Source: Nitrospira sp. (lineage in GTDB: Bacteria > Nitrospirota > Nitrospiria > Nitrospirales > Nitrospiraceae). Taken from it: a stretch of 38,756 bases of DNA. The notes beneath the pieces are model-generated. The model saw only the letters and a program-made list of their open reading frames with translations. It made no database searches and was not told the origin of the DNA. The stretch spans positions 1 to 38,756 of the forward strand of contig VGXD01000001.1 of NCBI GenBank assembly GCA_016873525.1. Direction: 5' to 3'. A program made the position numbers and the translations under genes. Position 1 is the stretch's first letter. The number at the start of each line of letters is the position of its first letter. Of the stretch, positions 24,245 through 32,785 are shown in pieces.

Positions 24245-25504
24245 TTACTTGATCGATTCAAACATCTGCTTGATTTCCGGCGTCTTCAACTTCTTGATCG
24301 CCTTGGCCTCAATCTGGCGGATCCGCTCCCGCGTCACCGAGAGGCTCTGCCCGACCTGTTCGAGCGTGCAGGGCTCGTCCTGCCCGATCCCGAACCGCAA
24401 TCGGATCACCGTTTGCTCGCGGGGCGTCAGCGTGCCCAGGATGCGATCCAACTCGCGCGTCAGCTCGGTGCGATGGACACGCGAGTCCGGGGTGACCGCC
24501 TGGCGATCCGCGATCAATTCGCCGAACAACGTTTGCCCGTCCCCGATCGGATTTTCCAGGGAGACCGGCTCCTGAAAGACCTGCATCGTTTCCTGGATTT
24601 TTTCGGGACGGGTCCGCAGCGCCTGCCCGACCTCTTCGAGGCGAGCTTCCCGGCCAAGTTGCTGGACCAGCCGCCGCGACGTCCGCACGATCCGATGCGA
24701 CGCCTCCGTCATGTGCACGGGAATCCTGATGGTGCGGGATTGATCGGCCAGCGCCCGCGTGATCCCTTGGCGAACCCACCAAGTCGCGTAGGTGCTGAAC
24801 TTGAACCCCTTGCGATGTTGGTAGCGCTCCGCCGCCTTCATGAGCCCGATATTGCCTTCCTGAACCAGATCCAGCAGGCCGAGCCCCCGGCCGTTGTAAT
24901 GCTTGGCGATGTCCACGACCAGACGGAGATTGCACCGGACCATCTCATCCTTGCCGTTTTCCAACACAGCGCGGGATTCGCGAAGCCGCCGATGACACAG
25001 CATCAATCGCTTCACCCTGAGCGTGGCGGTCTTGCCGGGTCCCTTCACCTCCGCGATCAGCGTGCGCAGGGCGGCTTCCGCTTGGTTGAGGACGATGGCG
25101 GAGAGGCCGCTCAAGCCACGAATCTCGCGCAGGGCGCCGATCGCTTCCAGCAGAGCCTCGCTCTTCTTCGCCTGGCCGACGATCTCAACCGCTTCCTTCA
25201 AGGCCGCCCGAATGCCTCGGCTCCCCTGGTCAATCCGCTTGGCCAGCGCCAACTCCTCAGCCCGATTCAGGAGGGGTCGCTGCCCGAACGAGCGGAAGTA
25301 GAGCGACTCCAACGCCATGGAGACATCTTCCTTGGGGACGGCGGCTTGTTCTGCCTCGCCTTCCGCGGCACCGGCTTTGATCGCATCGCGCTCCATCACT
25401 TCCAGAAGATCGCTGGCTTCGGCATCGTCAGCCTCAAGCTCCAAGGCCTCCGGCTGTTCGGTGGTTTCCTCCAGATTCTCTTCGATGAGGGTATCTTTTC
25501 TCAT
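24245..25504 (-). CDS. RNA polymerase sigma factor, sigma-70 family group 1/2 (RpoD/SigA-like)
   Basis: Region 2 (NLRLVVDIAKHYNGRGLGLLDLVQEGNIGLMKAAERYQHRKGFKFSTYATWWVRQGITRALADQSRTIRIPVHM), regions 3 and 4.2 (VTRERIRQIEAKAIKKLK), and an acidic N-terminus. Confidence 0.92.
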   Translation of the reverse strand: MRKDTLIEENLEETTEQPEALELEADDAEASDLLEVMERDAIKAGAAEGEAEQAAVPKEDVSMALESLYFRSFGQRPLLNRAEELALAKRIDQGSRGIRAALKEAVEIVGQAKKSEALLEAIGALREIRGLSGLSAIVLNQAEAALRTLIAEVKGPGKTATLRVKRLMLCHRRLRESRAVLENGKDEMVRCNLRLVVDIAKHYNGRGLGLLDLVQEGNIGLMKAAERYQHRKGFKFSTYATWWVRQGITRALADQSRTIRIPVHMTEASHRIVRTSRRLVQQLGREARLEEVGQALRTRPEKIQETMQVFQEPVSLENPIGDGQTLFGELIADRQAVTPDSRVHRTELTRELDRILGTLTPREQTVIRLRFGIGQDEPCTLEQVGQSLSVTRERIRQIEAKAIKKLKTPEIKQMFESIK

Positions 25505-25822
25505 GGTCTTGGCCTCTTTTATTACGACTGCCCGAACGATTTCGTTGACATCTATTAGATAGAGAGAGAACCGGCCTAAAGGATTCGCCTGCCCTCGCTA
25601 AAATAGACACATCTTTCCAGTGTCTTGCAGAATAGGGCACACCCTAAAACCGGAAATTTCATGGTCACGGGAGAGAAGGTAAGTCCGATAGGGAAGAAAT
25701 CAAGCCAGTTTCTTATGGTCCGTTAGATGACCCGCATGACCGTTCGCGTAGGTTGCGGCTCAAAGAGCCGGAGCCCAACATCGGCCAGACCTTGGTTGAA
25801 ATGCCACACCCATTCTCCTAGA

Positions 25823-26707
25823 ATGCCCGCTATGAAACAATTACACAACGGCGAGCGCATCCATCTGGTTGATAACAAGGCCCGGCAATACGCCCTGACG
25901 CTGAAGGCCGGAGAAATCTTCCAATACAGCGGCGAGACGATCCCCCACGACGAACTGATCGGCAAGGCCGATGGCTCCGTGGTGACGCTGTCGCGCGGCA
26001 AACGCATGCTGGCCCTCCGCCCCACCTTGGGCGAATACGTGCTGAAGATGCCGCGGGGCGCCCAGGTCATCTACCCGAAGGACCTGGCGATGATCACGAT
26101 CTGGGCGGATGTCTACCCCGGCGCCCGAGTCTTTGAAGCCGGGACCGGTTCGGGGGGTCTGACCATGGCCTTGCTCCGGGCCGTGGGAGATCGCGGCTCG
26201 GTGGTCAGCTATGAGGCGCGCGAAGACTTCGCCAAAACCGCCATGAAGAACATCGAACGATATCTCGGGCCGGTGCCCAATTTGACGGCGCGCCAGCAAG
26301 ACGCCTCCGAGGGGATTGAACCGGAGGAGGAAGCCGGGGGATTCGACCGGGTCGTGCTCGATCTGCCGGAGCCCTGGCGGATCGTCCCCCACGCCGCGCG
26401 CGCCCTCCGATCCGGCGGCCTGTACCTGAGCTTCGTGCCGACAGTCCCGCAAGTCATGCAGACGGTGGAAGCGCTGGAACGCGCCACGGTGTTCGGCATG
26501 ATCGAAACCTTCGAAACCCTGCTGCGGACCTGGAATATCAAGGGACGGAGCGTAAGGCCGGACCACCGGATGGTGGCCCACTCCGGCTTCATCACCGTCG
26601 CCAGGAAAGTCGAGCCGGGATTGCTGGCCGCCAGAGCGGCCGAGGTTGAAGCGGCGCCGGGCCACGATTCCGATGCCGAGGAACAAGACGAGGAGAACGC
26701 GGCATGA
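25823..26707 (+). CDS. trmI: tRNA (adenine58-N1)-methyltransferase TrmI (GCD14 family)
   Basis: N-terminal beta domain (GERIHLVD...G.I.HDELIGK), SAM motif VFEAGTGSGGLT, and DLPEPW. Start is ATG 25823 or 25832. Acidic C-terminal tail. Confidence 0.85.
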   Translation: MPAMKQLHNGERIHLVDNKARQYALTLKAGEIFQYSGETIPHDELIGKADGSVVTLSRGKRMLALRPTLGEYVLKMPRGAQVIYPKDLAMITIWADVYPGARVFEAGTGSGGLTMALLRAVGDRGSVVSYEAREDFAKTAMKNIERYLGPVPNLTARQQDASEGIEPEEEAGGFDRVVLDLPEPWRIVPHAARALRSGGLYLSFVPTVPQVMQTVEALERATVFGMIETFETLLRTWNIKGRSVRPDHRMVAHSGFITVARKVEPGLLAARAAEVEAAPGHDSDAEEQDEENAA

Positions 26708-27459
26708 CGCGCCTGGACGGCAAGGTGGCCTTGATCACGGGCGGAGGGATCGGAATCGGCGCCGCGGTCGCGAAGCTGTTTGCCAAGGAAGGCGCGGCGG
26801 TCCTCATCACCGGCCGTCGAAAAGATCTCCTGGAGCGCGTGGTCGGCGAGATCGAGCGGGACGGAGGCCGTGCCCTGGCCGTCGCCGGCAGCGTGGCGGA
26901 CGAGGCCCACGCGCGAGGGGCCGTCGCACAGGCCGTCCGAACCTTCGGCAAACTGACCGTGCTGATCAACAACGCCGGGATCGGCTCCTTCGGCAAACCG
27001 CTCCATGAAATCGACGATGCCACCTGGAACGACTTGTTCGCCACCAATCTCACCGGCGCTTTCCGGATGACCCGGGCGGCCGTTCCCGAGATGCTCAAAG
27101 CGGGGGGAGGCGCGATCGTGAACGTCTCCTCGATCGCCGCCCTCGTCGGCATTCCCATGACCGCCGCCTACAGCGCCACCAAGGGCGGCCTGGACGCGCT
27201 CACCCGATGCACCGCCCTCGACTACGCCAAGCAGGGCATCCGCTGCAACTCCGTGAACCCCGGACTGGTGGACACCCCGATGGCCGCGCCGCTCATCAAC
27301 GATCAGGAACGGCTGGCCCAGGTCATCGCCGCCTATCCCCTCGGGCGTCCTGGCACATCGGAGGAAGTAGCCAAGCTCATTTTGTACCTGGCCTCAGACG
27401 AATCCTCCTGGGTTACCGGCGGCATCTTTCCCATCGACGGCGGCATGACGGCACAGTAG
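26704..27459 (+). CDS. Short-chain dehydrogenase/reductase (FabG-like)
   Basis: TGGGIGIG, NNAG, and S...YSATK catalytic motifs. ATG 26704 overlaps the trmI TGA (ATGA). Confidence 0.9.
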   Translation: MTRLDGKVALITGGGIGIGAAVAKLFAKEGAAVLITGRRKDLLERVVGEIERDGGRALAVAGSVADEAHARGAVAQAVRTFGKLTVLINNAGIGSFGKPLHEIDDATWNDLFATNLTGAFRMTRAAVPEMLKAGGGAIVNVSSIAALVGIPMTAAYSATKGGLDALTRCTALDYAKQGIRCNSVNPGLVDTPMAAPLINDQERLAQVIAAYPLGRPGTSEEVAKLILYLASDESSWVTGGIFPIDGGMTAQ

Positions 27460-27653
27460 GAGGATGCTGAAAAGTGGGATTCAATCCAAATAATTTTCTG
27501 ATCATCCGCAGCTCTTTCGTGCCGGATGACCTGCGGAAGACAAGAGAGATTGTCTGCCTTTGCGCTTTGGATGCAATGAGATCGAGCGCATTTTCAGCGA
27601 ACCCAGAATAGTTACGGCTCAAGAAATCCCCGCTTAAAAGGGAGGGTGCCGTC

Positions 27654-27983
27654 ATGCTCTGTAATCCTCGAACGCTACGGCACACGAGCATCGCGCTGGT
27701 TATGCTCGTTTTGTCCATCTGCCTGGCCAGCGAAAACACAGCCATTGCCCAAGGGGGCACGGACTTTCCTGGGATAGTCCTCATGGTGGACCCAGCGGCC
27801 GGCAAACTCGCTGTGAAGAAGGACGCAGGAGGCACCAGGTTCACTTTCGCGGTAAACGACAAAACCCAGTTTGACGGGCCCGGCCTCAAGAGCCTCAAGG
27901 ATGTCAAAAAGGGCGACAATGTTACGGTCAACTATCAGGTGATCGGCAGCCAATACCTTGCCGTAAAGGTGACGAAGAAGTGA
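27654..27983 (+). CDS. Small exported beta-rich protein (DUF1344/DUF5666-like by resemblance)
   Basis: Signal peptide (IALVMLVLSICLASENTAIA), GGGAGGG SD, and the pattern G.V..VD...G.L.V......F.V...T.F......L.D.K.GD.V.V.Y. Confidence 0.55.
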   Translation: MLCNPRTLRHTSIALVMLVLSICLASENTAIAQGGTDFPGIVLMVDPAAGKLAVKKDAGGTRFTFAVNDKTQFDGPGLKSLKDVKKGDNVTVNYQVIGSQYLAVKVTKK

Positions 27984-28837
27984 TGGAGATCAACACCCAG
28001 ACTCAGTTGTGCGGGCTGCTCGGCAATCCGGTCGAGCATTCCCTCTCACCGGCCATCCACAACGCGGCGTTCCAAAAGCTGGGGCTGAACTTCGTCTATC
28101 TCGCATTCAAGGTGGAAGATTTGGAAGGGGCCATCCGGGGCATCAGGGCCCTGGGCAATCTGCGCGGCTTCAGCGTCACGATCCCGCACAAGGTGGCCGT
28201 TATCCCCTACTTGGACGAGGTGGAGCCCACAGCCGGACTCATCGGTTCGGTCAACACCATCGTCGTGAACAAGGGGAAGCTGACCGGCTACAACACCGAC
28301 GCCTCGGGAGCGCTCCGAGCCTTGGAACATGCCGGGACTTCACTGCGGGGCGAGCCGGTCTTATTGCTGGGGTCCGGGGGAGCCGCGCGGGCCATTGCCT
28401 TTGCCTTGGCCATGGAAGGCAAGATCGGCAAGCTCACGATCTTGGGCGTGGATGAGAAGGAACGGCAAGGCTTGGCCAAGGACCTACAAGCACGGACCCC
28501 GCTCAAGGTGGAAGAAGGTCCCATCGCGGAAGACACGCTCCGCCGCGGCATCGCGGCGAGCCGCATCCTGCTCCATTGCACGCCGCTCGGCATGTACCCC
28601 AAGGTCCAGGACACCTCTGTGCCGGCCGCCTTGTTGGCCCCGCACCTGACGGTCATGGACATTGTCTACAATCCGCTTGAGACGCGACTCCTGCGGGAAG
28701 CCAAGACCGTCGGCTGCCGGATTATTCCCGGGGTGGACATGTTCCTTTACCAAGCGATCGCTCAATTTGAACTGTGGACCGGACAAACCGCCCCCTCCGA
28801 CGTCATGCGGGCCGTCCTGGTCGCCCGATTCACATGA
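27983..28837 (+). CDS. aroE: Shikimate dehydrogenase
   Basis: GNPVEHSLSPAIHNAAF, FSVTIPHK, NT(D), and GSGGAARA motifs. The start ATG shares one nt with the upstream TGA (TGATG); GTG 27980 is an alternative. Confidence 0.92.
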   Translation: MEINTQTQLCGLLGNPVEHSLSPAIHNAAFQKLGLNFVYLAFKVEDLEGAIRGIRALGNLRGFSVTIPHKVAVIPYLDEVEPTAGLIGSVNTIVVNKGKLTGYNTDASGALRALEHAGTSLRGEPVLLLGSGGAARAIAFALAMEGKIGKLTILGVDEKERQGLAKDLQARTPLKVEEGPIAEDTLRRGIAASRILLHCTPLGMYPKVQDTSVPAALLAPHLTVMDIVYNPLETRLLREAKTVGCRIIPGVDMFLYQAIAQFELWTGQTAPSDVMRAVLVARFT

Positions 28838-29334
28838 ACATCGTTCTGATCGGCTATCGGGGAACCGGCAAGAGCAGCGTGGGCAAGATTCTCGCGGAAC
28901 GGTTGCAGCGGGAGCTGATCTCCACCGACGCCGAAGTCGTCCAACGGGCTCGTCTCTCAATCCCCGATCTCGTGCAGCGATTCGGCTGGGAGCATTTCAG
29001 AGACCTGGAGTCCGACGTGTGCCGGGACCTGGCCGGCAGGGACAGGCTGGTCATCGACACGGGCGGCGGGGCGATCCTGCGGCCCCAGAACGTGGCCGCC
29101 CTCAAGACCAGTGGGATCCTGTTCTGGCTCACCGCAGCAGTGCCGACCATCATCGAGCGGATCGGGGGGGACAGCCAGCGTCCTTCCCTGACCGGCACGA
29201 AGTCCTTCACGGACGAAGTCGAAGACGTTCTCAAAGAGCGCCGGCCCAAATACCAGGCCGCAGCGGACCACGTCATCGCAACGGACGGGCGGTCCCCGGC
29301 CCAAGTGGCCGAGGCCATCCTGGCCAAGCTGTGA
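28834..29334 (+). CDS. aroK: Shikimate kinase
   Basis: NIVLIGYRGTGKSSVG P-loop, FR..E, and DTGGG motifs. ATG 28834 overlaps the aroE TGA (ATGA). Confidence 0.92.
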   Translation: MNIVLIGYRGTGKSSVGKILAERLQRELISTDAEVVQRARLSIPDLVQRFGWEHFRDLESDVCRDLAGRDRLVIDTGGGAILRPQNVAALKTSGILFWLTAAVPTIIERIGGDSQRPSLTGTKSFTDEVEDVLKERRPKYQAAADHVIATDGRSPAQVAEAILAKL

Positions 29335-29347
29335 GCCGGCCGGGCGG

Positions 29348-29376
29348 TTGATCTCGATATAGCTCCATGCTATGTT
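29348..29376 (+). promoter_or_regulatory. Candidate sigma70-type promoter for the RRM protein gene (leader of about 200 nt)
   Basis: TTGATC (29348-53), 17-nt spacer, TATGTT (29371-76). Confidence 0.35.
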
Positions 29377-29579
29377 ATTTTCGCTCTCCGTCGCTGCGGG
29401 GCCGAGCGAGGACGAGCCGAGTGACGGGGCCCTGCCCCAGACGTTGCCTTGCGAAGAGGAAGCCGGCCGGAAAGCGTGAGTGACCTGATGGTGCCGCCAG
29501 GGCACGCCGTGGCATCTCTCCTTACTCCCTCCTGTCCCTCTCCCCAACGCAATGTCGTCAGCCGTGCAAGGAGGTAGCC

Positions 29580-29888
29580 GTGGGGACCAAATTGTATGTG
29601 GGCAGTCTTCCTTATTCGACGACCGAGCAACAGTTGAACGAGCTGTTCGCGCCGTACGGAACGGTGCAGTCCGCGAAGGTGATCTCGGACCGGTACACCG
29701 GTCAGTCCCGTGGCTTCGGTTTCGTCGAAATGGCAACCGGTGAAGAGGCGCAGAAGGCCATTGCCGCGCTGAACGGCACGGCGCTCGGCGGGCGGACCCT
29801 CGTCGTCAACGAAGCCCGTCCGCAGGAAAAACGGTCCTTCAGCGGAGGGGGAGGGAGCGGGGGCGGCGAGCAACGGGATCGTCGGTAG
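29580..29888 (+). CDS. RRM-type RNA-binding protein with Gly-rich tail
   Basis: RNP-2 LYVGSL, RNP-1 RGFGFVEM, and C-terminal SGGGGSGGG. AAGGAGG lies 5 nt before GTG 29580. Confidence 0.92.
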   Translation: MGTKLYVGSLPYSTTEQQLNELFAPYGTVQSAKVISDRYTGQSRGFGFVEMATGEEAQKAIAALNGTALGGRTLVVNEARPQEKRSFSGGGGSGGGEQRDRR

Positions 29889-29937
29889 CCATGGCGCCGG
29901 CCCGCTGACGGCCAGGCAGGATCGGACGGTTCGTGCG

Positions 29938-29976
29938 AAGGAGGCTGCGGCACACACGGCAGCCTCCTTTTTTATT
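29938..29976 (+). terminator. Rho-independent terminator
   Basis: 11-bp stem aaggaggctgc / gcagcctcctt with a 10-nt loop, running into a TTTTTT tract. Confidence 0.8.
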
Positions 29977-30033
29977 GTCCACATCCCCCGCACCTTGACA
30001 AGCCCGCAACGGCAATGCTTGTAATAGCTCCAG

Positions 30034-30109
30034 GCGCCACTAGCTCAATGGATAGAGCATCGGACTTCGGATCCGAGGGTTGGGGGTTCAAGTCCCTCGT
30101 GGCGCACCA
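30034..30109 (+). tRNA. tRNA-Arg (anticodon UCG), CCA encoded
   Basis: Cloverleaf folded by hand. Acceptor stem GCGCCAC/GTGGCGC (7 bp), D stem GCTC/GAGC, anticodon stem TCGGA/TCCGA, loop CT-TCG-GA, T arm GGGGG-TTCAAGT-CCCTC, discriminator A, then CCA. Confidence 0.9.
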
Positions 30110-30351
30110 CCTTCCTCCAGCCACTTCCGCGCAGGACCCCTTTCTCCCTTCCTCGACGAGGGAAGGTCTGGGCCGGGACAATCCTCTTCATTACGATTGG
30201 GGGCCAAGATCATCTCAGGCCTCAGTAATTGCGCTCTCCGTATGGCAGGAAATGGGCAGCGCTCTGGCTAAAAGAATACGTGCAGGATGACTGGGTTTGT
30301 TCTATTCTCGATCAACTGGTAATTCGTCTCAGCAGGTGGGGAAGGCGTCCA

Positions 30352-30630
30352 TCATTCTTGACCCTGATTTCCCTTCCTTTGCTCTTGCATATACTTCACG
30401 CGATCTTCTTCTTTGGGAACGTAGTATCGCATTTGCAAAACCATGAGACCTCCGAAAGTATCCAAGATGGTTTTGAAGTAGGAGAGACTCTCTATTATCA
30501 GCACAGCAATAACGAGTGCAACTGCCATGGCTTTGATCGCACTATACCGATGATGTTTTTTTAAGTGTCTCCTACCCCTCGGATATCGCGATCGACGATC
30601 GACCTTCTGCCCTTGTCCGGATTTGTCCAT
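30352..30630 (-). CDS. Candidate small single-TM protein with highly basic N-terminus, in an AT-rich islet
   Basis: RRSRYPRGRRHLKKHHR followed by the TM segment AIKAMAVALVIAVLIIESL. ATG 30630 (ATG 30678 alternative). A minus-strand TTGACA-N16-TAAACT lies upstream at 30851-30824. Confidence 0.4.
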   Translation of the reverse strand: MDKSGQGQKVDRRSRYPRGRRHLKKHHRYSAIKAMAVALVIAVLIIESLSYFKTILDTFGGLMVLQMRYYVPKEEDRVKYMQEQRKGNQGQE

Positions 30631-30823
30631 CCCGAGTGTCCTGCGGCCGTTGTCGTGATCAACGTGATCAAGTGGCATGGTCTTCCCTAGACCTATCTGC
30701 CCTGCCTCATGCAGCAGGCGAATCTCGGTCCTCTCCCACCAGCATCGGCATGGACCGTCGACTAGCCCTTCAGAGGATTCTACCGTCCAAGAGCCTGTCA
30801 GGGGGGCACGACAATGAGGATGC

Positions 30824-30857
30824 AGTTTAATGAAAAATAGCTACTTGTCAACAAGTA
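30824..30857 (-). promoter_or_regulatory. Candidate minus-strand promoter overlapping a TACTTG-N4-CAAGTA palindrome
   Basis: Minus strand: TTGACA (30851-30846), 16-nt spacer, TAAACT (30829-30824). The palindrome spans 30842-30857. Confidence 0.3.
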
Positions 30858-31121
30858 ATCAGTGCCGGCCTGGACGCAGGGGGCAAGACACCGTGCCTGC
30901 CCGTCGCGCTGCATAGCCTATCAACGCTCCCCAACCGACGTGTCTGTCGAAAGGTTGTCTATGGAGTCGAATCCGACCGTCGCAAGTCCAAGTGCCCACC
31001 AATGGCAACACCTCCTTGAACGGCTGACTTCCTAGGAACGAGCCATCTTGTCGTGCTACCATGCGTGAGCCGGAGCGATCTGAACGAAAACCGATGGTTC
31101 GTTGTCGCGGGGGAGACACCG

Positions 31122-31505
31122 ATGCTTGACCTGGTGGTTCTTGCCACAACTTTGTGGGTCTGTCCCGGAGACGTCTACTCGAACGAGCCCCGCGAAGGCT
31201 GCCGGCCCTTTCACGAATCGAACCAAGAGGGGTTCAGCACCGTCCCGGAACCGAAACCGGACCCCGCCGACAATGCTTCATCCCCCTCACGGCCGTCCAA
31301 CAGTCTGCCTGAGCAGAGGCAGGAGATCCCCGCCGCATCGTCCAGAGAATGCGCGCTCTACGAAGAATGGCTCACGCTCAATTTGAAAACCGACAGCATC
31401 GGCGCGCACGACATGTCGACGGATGAATTCGAGCGCTGGAGCAACCTGAAGCAGATGTTCTCGGTCACAGCTCCACCGATGTGCTCCTCCAGGCCGAACC
31501 GGTAA
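31122..31505 (+). CDS. Hypothetical protein, possibly exported
   Basis: GGGGGAGA sits 5 nt before ATG 31122. Short hydrophobic N-terminus, then a Pro/Ser-rich linker and a C-terminal helical part. No family recognised. Confidence 0.4.
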   Translation: MLDLVVLATTLWVCPGDVYSNEPREGCRPFHESNQEGFSTVPEPKPDPADNASSPSRPSNSLPEQRQEIPAASSRECALYEEWLTLNLKTDSIGAHDMSTDEFERWSNLKQMFSVTAPPMCSSRPNR

Positions 31506-31804
31506 CGTCCGCCGTTGTCTCCGCTTCCCGGAATGATCGAGTTCCGGGGGGCAGAACCGGCCAGCCCCGGCGCCTATTGTATTCGTGGCGGCTGTGTGTT
31601 AAGGTTCCTTCGTGTTTCATCGCGGTCGGGCCGGACGGTGGAGCACGCAACTGAATCTGGCCCGAGAACCGATATTGACTTGCGGTAGGAACCTGAACGG
31701 AACGCTTGTCCTGAACGCTGCTCGATTCAACGCACCGTCCCGGCTCTCATTCCCCCTCTCTTCCGTCACCTTCAAGACAATGTCTCATCAGTAGAGGAGG
31801 TACC

Positions 31805-32104
31805 ATGAGTACCAAGTTGTATGTGGGCGGTCTGCCCTATTCCACCACCGAGGCGGAGCTGAACGAACTCTTTGCCAAAGAGGGCGCCGTCGAGTCGGCC
31901 CGAGTGATTACGGACAAGTTCACCGGCCAGTCCCGGGGGTTCGGATTTGTCGAAATGTCCTCCGGCGAAGAAGCCCAGCGGGCCATCGCGTCGTTGAACG
32001 GCACGCAGTTGGGCGGACGAGCGCTCACCGTGAACGAAGCCAAGCCGCAGGGAAAAAACGGCGGCGGGCGGTTCGGCGGCGGCGATCGCGCAAGCCGCTT
32101 CTAA
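31805..32104 (+). CDS. RRM-type RNA-binding protein with Gly-rich tail (paralog)
   Basis: RNP-2 LYVGGL, RNP-1 RGFGFVEM, and a GGGRFGGG tail. AGAGGAGG lies 4 nt before the ATG. Confidence 0.92.
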   Translation: MSTKLYVGGLPYSTTEAELNELFAKEGAVESARVITDKFTGQSRGFGFVEMSSGEEAQRAIASLNGTQLGGRALTVNEAKPQGKNGGGRFGGGDRASRF

Positions 32105-32136
32105 CGTCGTTCCCGGTCATCCGACAGGACCGTTTG

Positions 32137-32169
32137 GAGGGTCGCGGTACGCCGCGGCCCTCTTTTTCT
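32137..32169 (+). terminator. Rho-independent terminator
   Basis: 11-bp stem gagggtcgcgg / ccgcggccctc (one G-U pair), loop tacg, followed by TTTTT. Confidence 0.8.
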
Positions 32170-32263
32170 GCCCATTGAACGCGGGCTTGTTCCCATCCCA
32201 ACCGCTGCGGTATGCTCTGGCCGACAGTCCTCGGTCCTTTCAATTGCTCGCAGAACCCTTGCC

Positions 32264-32770
32264 ATGACCTTGCCCCCGCAGACCCCGGCCCAGGCAGCTC
32301 AGGCGCTCTACGCCATCCTGCCGCACGCCATGACGCAGGCCGCGCTGGAAGAATACGGCATCGACGCCGCGCCGGAACAGGCGCAACAGATCACGCGCGA
32401 ACTGCTCTCCGTCAACCTCTACTGGGTCCAGAGCGCCTTGCAGATGGTGCTGACGAAGACGGCCTCCGAGCGGGTCTTGCTTGCGCTCCGCGAGCATCTC
32501 CGCTCCGTCTGGGAGACCGACCTTGGTCTGAACGGACAGGATGTCCAGGGCTACTTCGAAGAGGCGGAGGAACGGCGGCACACCTACGATCTGATCGTAC
32601 AGGAGGGCGGAGCCCCGGTGGCGGTTTTCACGGAATGCGCGGGAATCCTGGAGTCCGCCTGGGCATTACGCGCCGAGGACCGCTCCAAGGCCCTGGCTTT
32701 GTTCATCGATCTGGTTCCGGTCGACGAGATCGGAGAGGTGCTGGAAGGGTCCGACTTGGGCAAGACGTAA
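32264..32770 (+). CDS. Hypothetical protein
   Basis: Longest ORF here with protein-like composition; the overlapping ORFs are Arg/Gly-rich. No SD and no family recognised. Confidence 0.5.
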   Translation: MTLPPQTPAQAAQALYAILPHAMTQAALEEYGIDAAPEQAQQITRELLSVNLYWVQSALQMVLTKTASERVLLALREHLRSVWETDLGLNGQDVQGYFEEAEERRHTYDLIVQEGGAPVAVFTECAGILESAWALRAEDRSKALALFIDLVPVDEIGEVLEGSDLGKT

Positions 32771-32785
32771 CCGCCCCCTGACCGC

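Noticed and set aside
24212-25558. 448-aa plus-strand ORF covering the sigma factor gene
   Set aside because: It is antisense to a sigma-70 protein with all conserved regions. The translation is low-complexity and Leu/Arg/Pro/Asp-rich.
29995-30025. TTGACA (29995-30000) plus TGTAAT (30020-25) as a tRNA-Arg promoter
   Set aside because: The spacer is 19 nt, longer than usual. It remains possible, because the implied TSS coincides with the tRNA 5' end, but it is not strong enough to list as a feature.
31583-31590. 8-nt match (TCGTGGCG) to the tRNA-Arg 3' end as a possible attR
   Set aside because: The match does not extend on either side. An 8-mer can occur by chance in 1.7 kb of GC-rich DNA, and no integrase is present.
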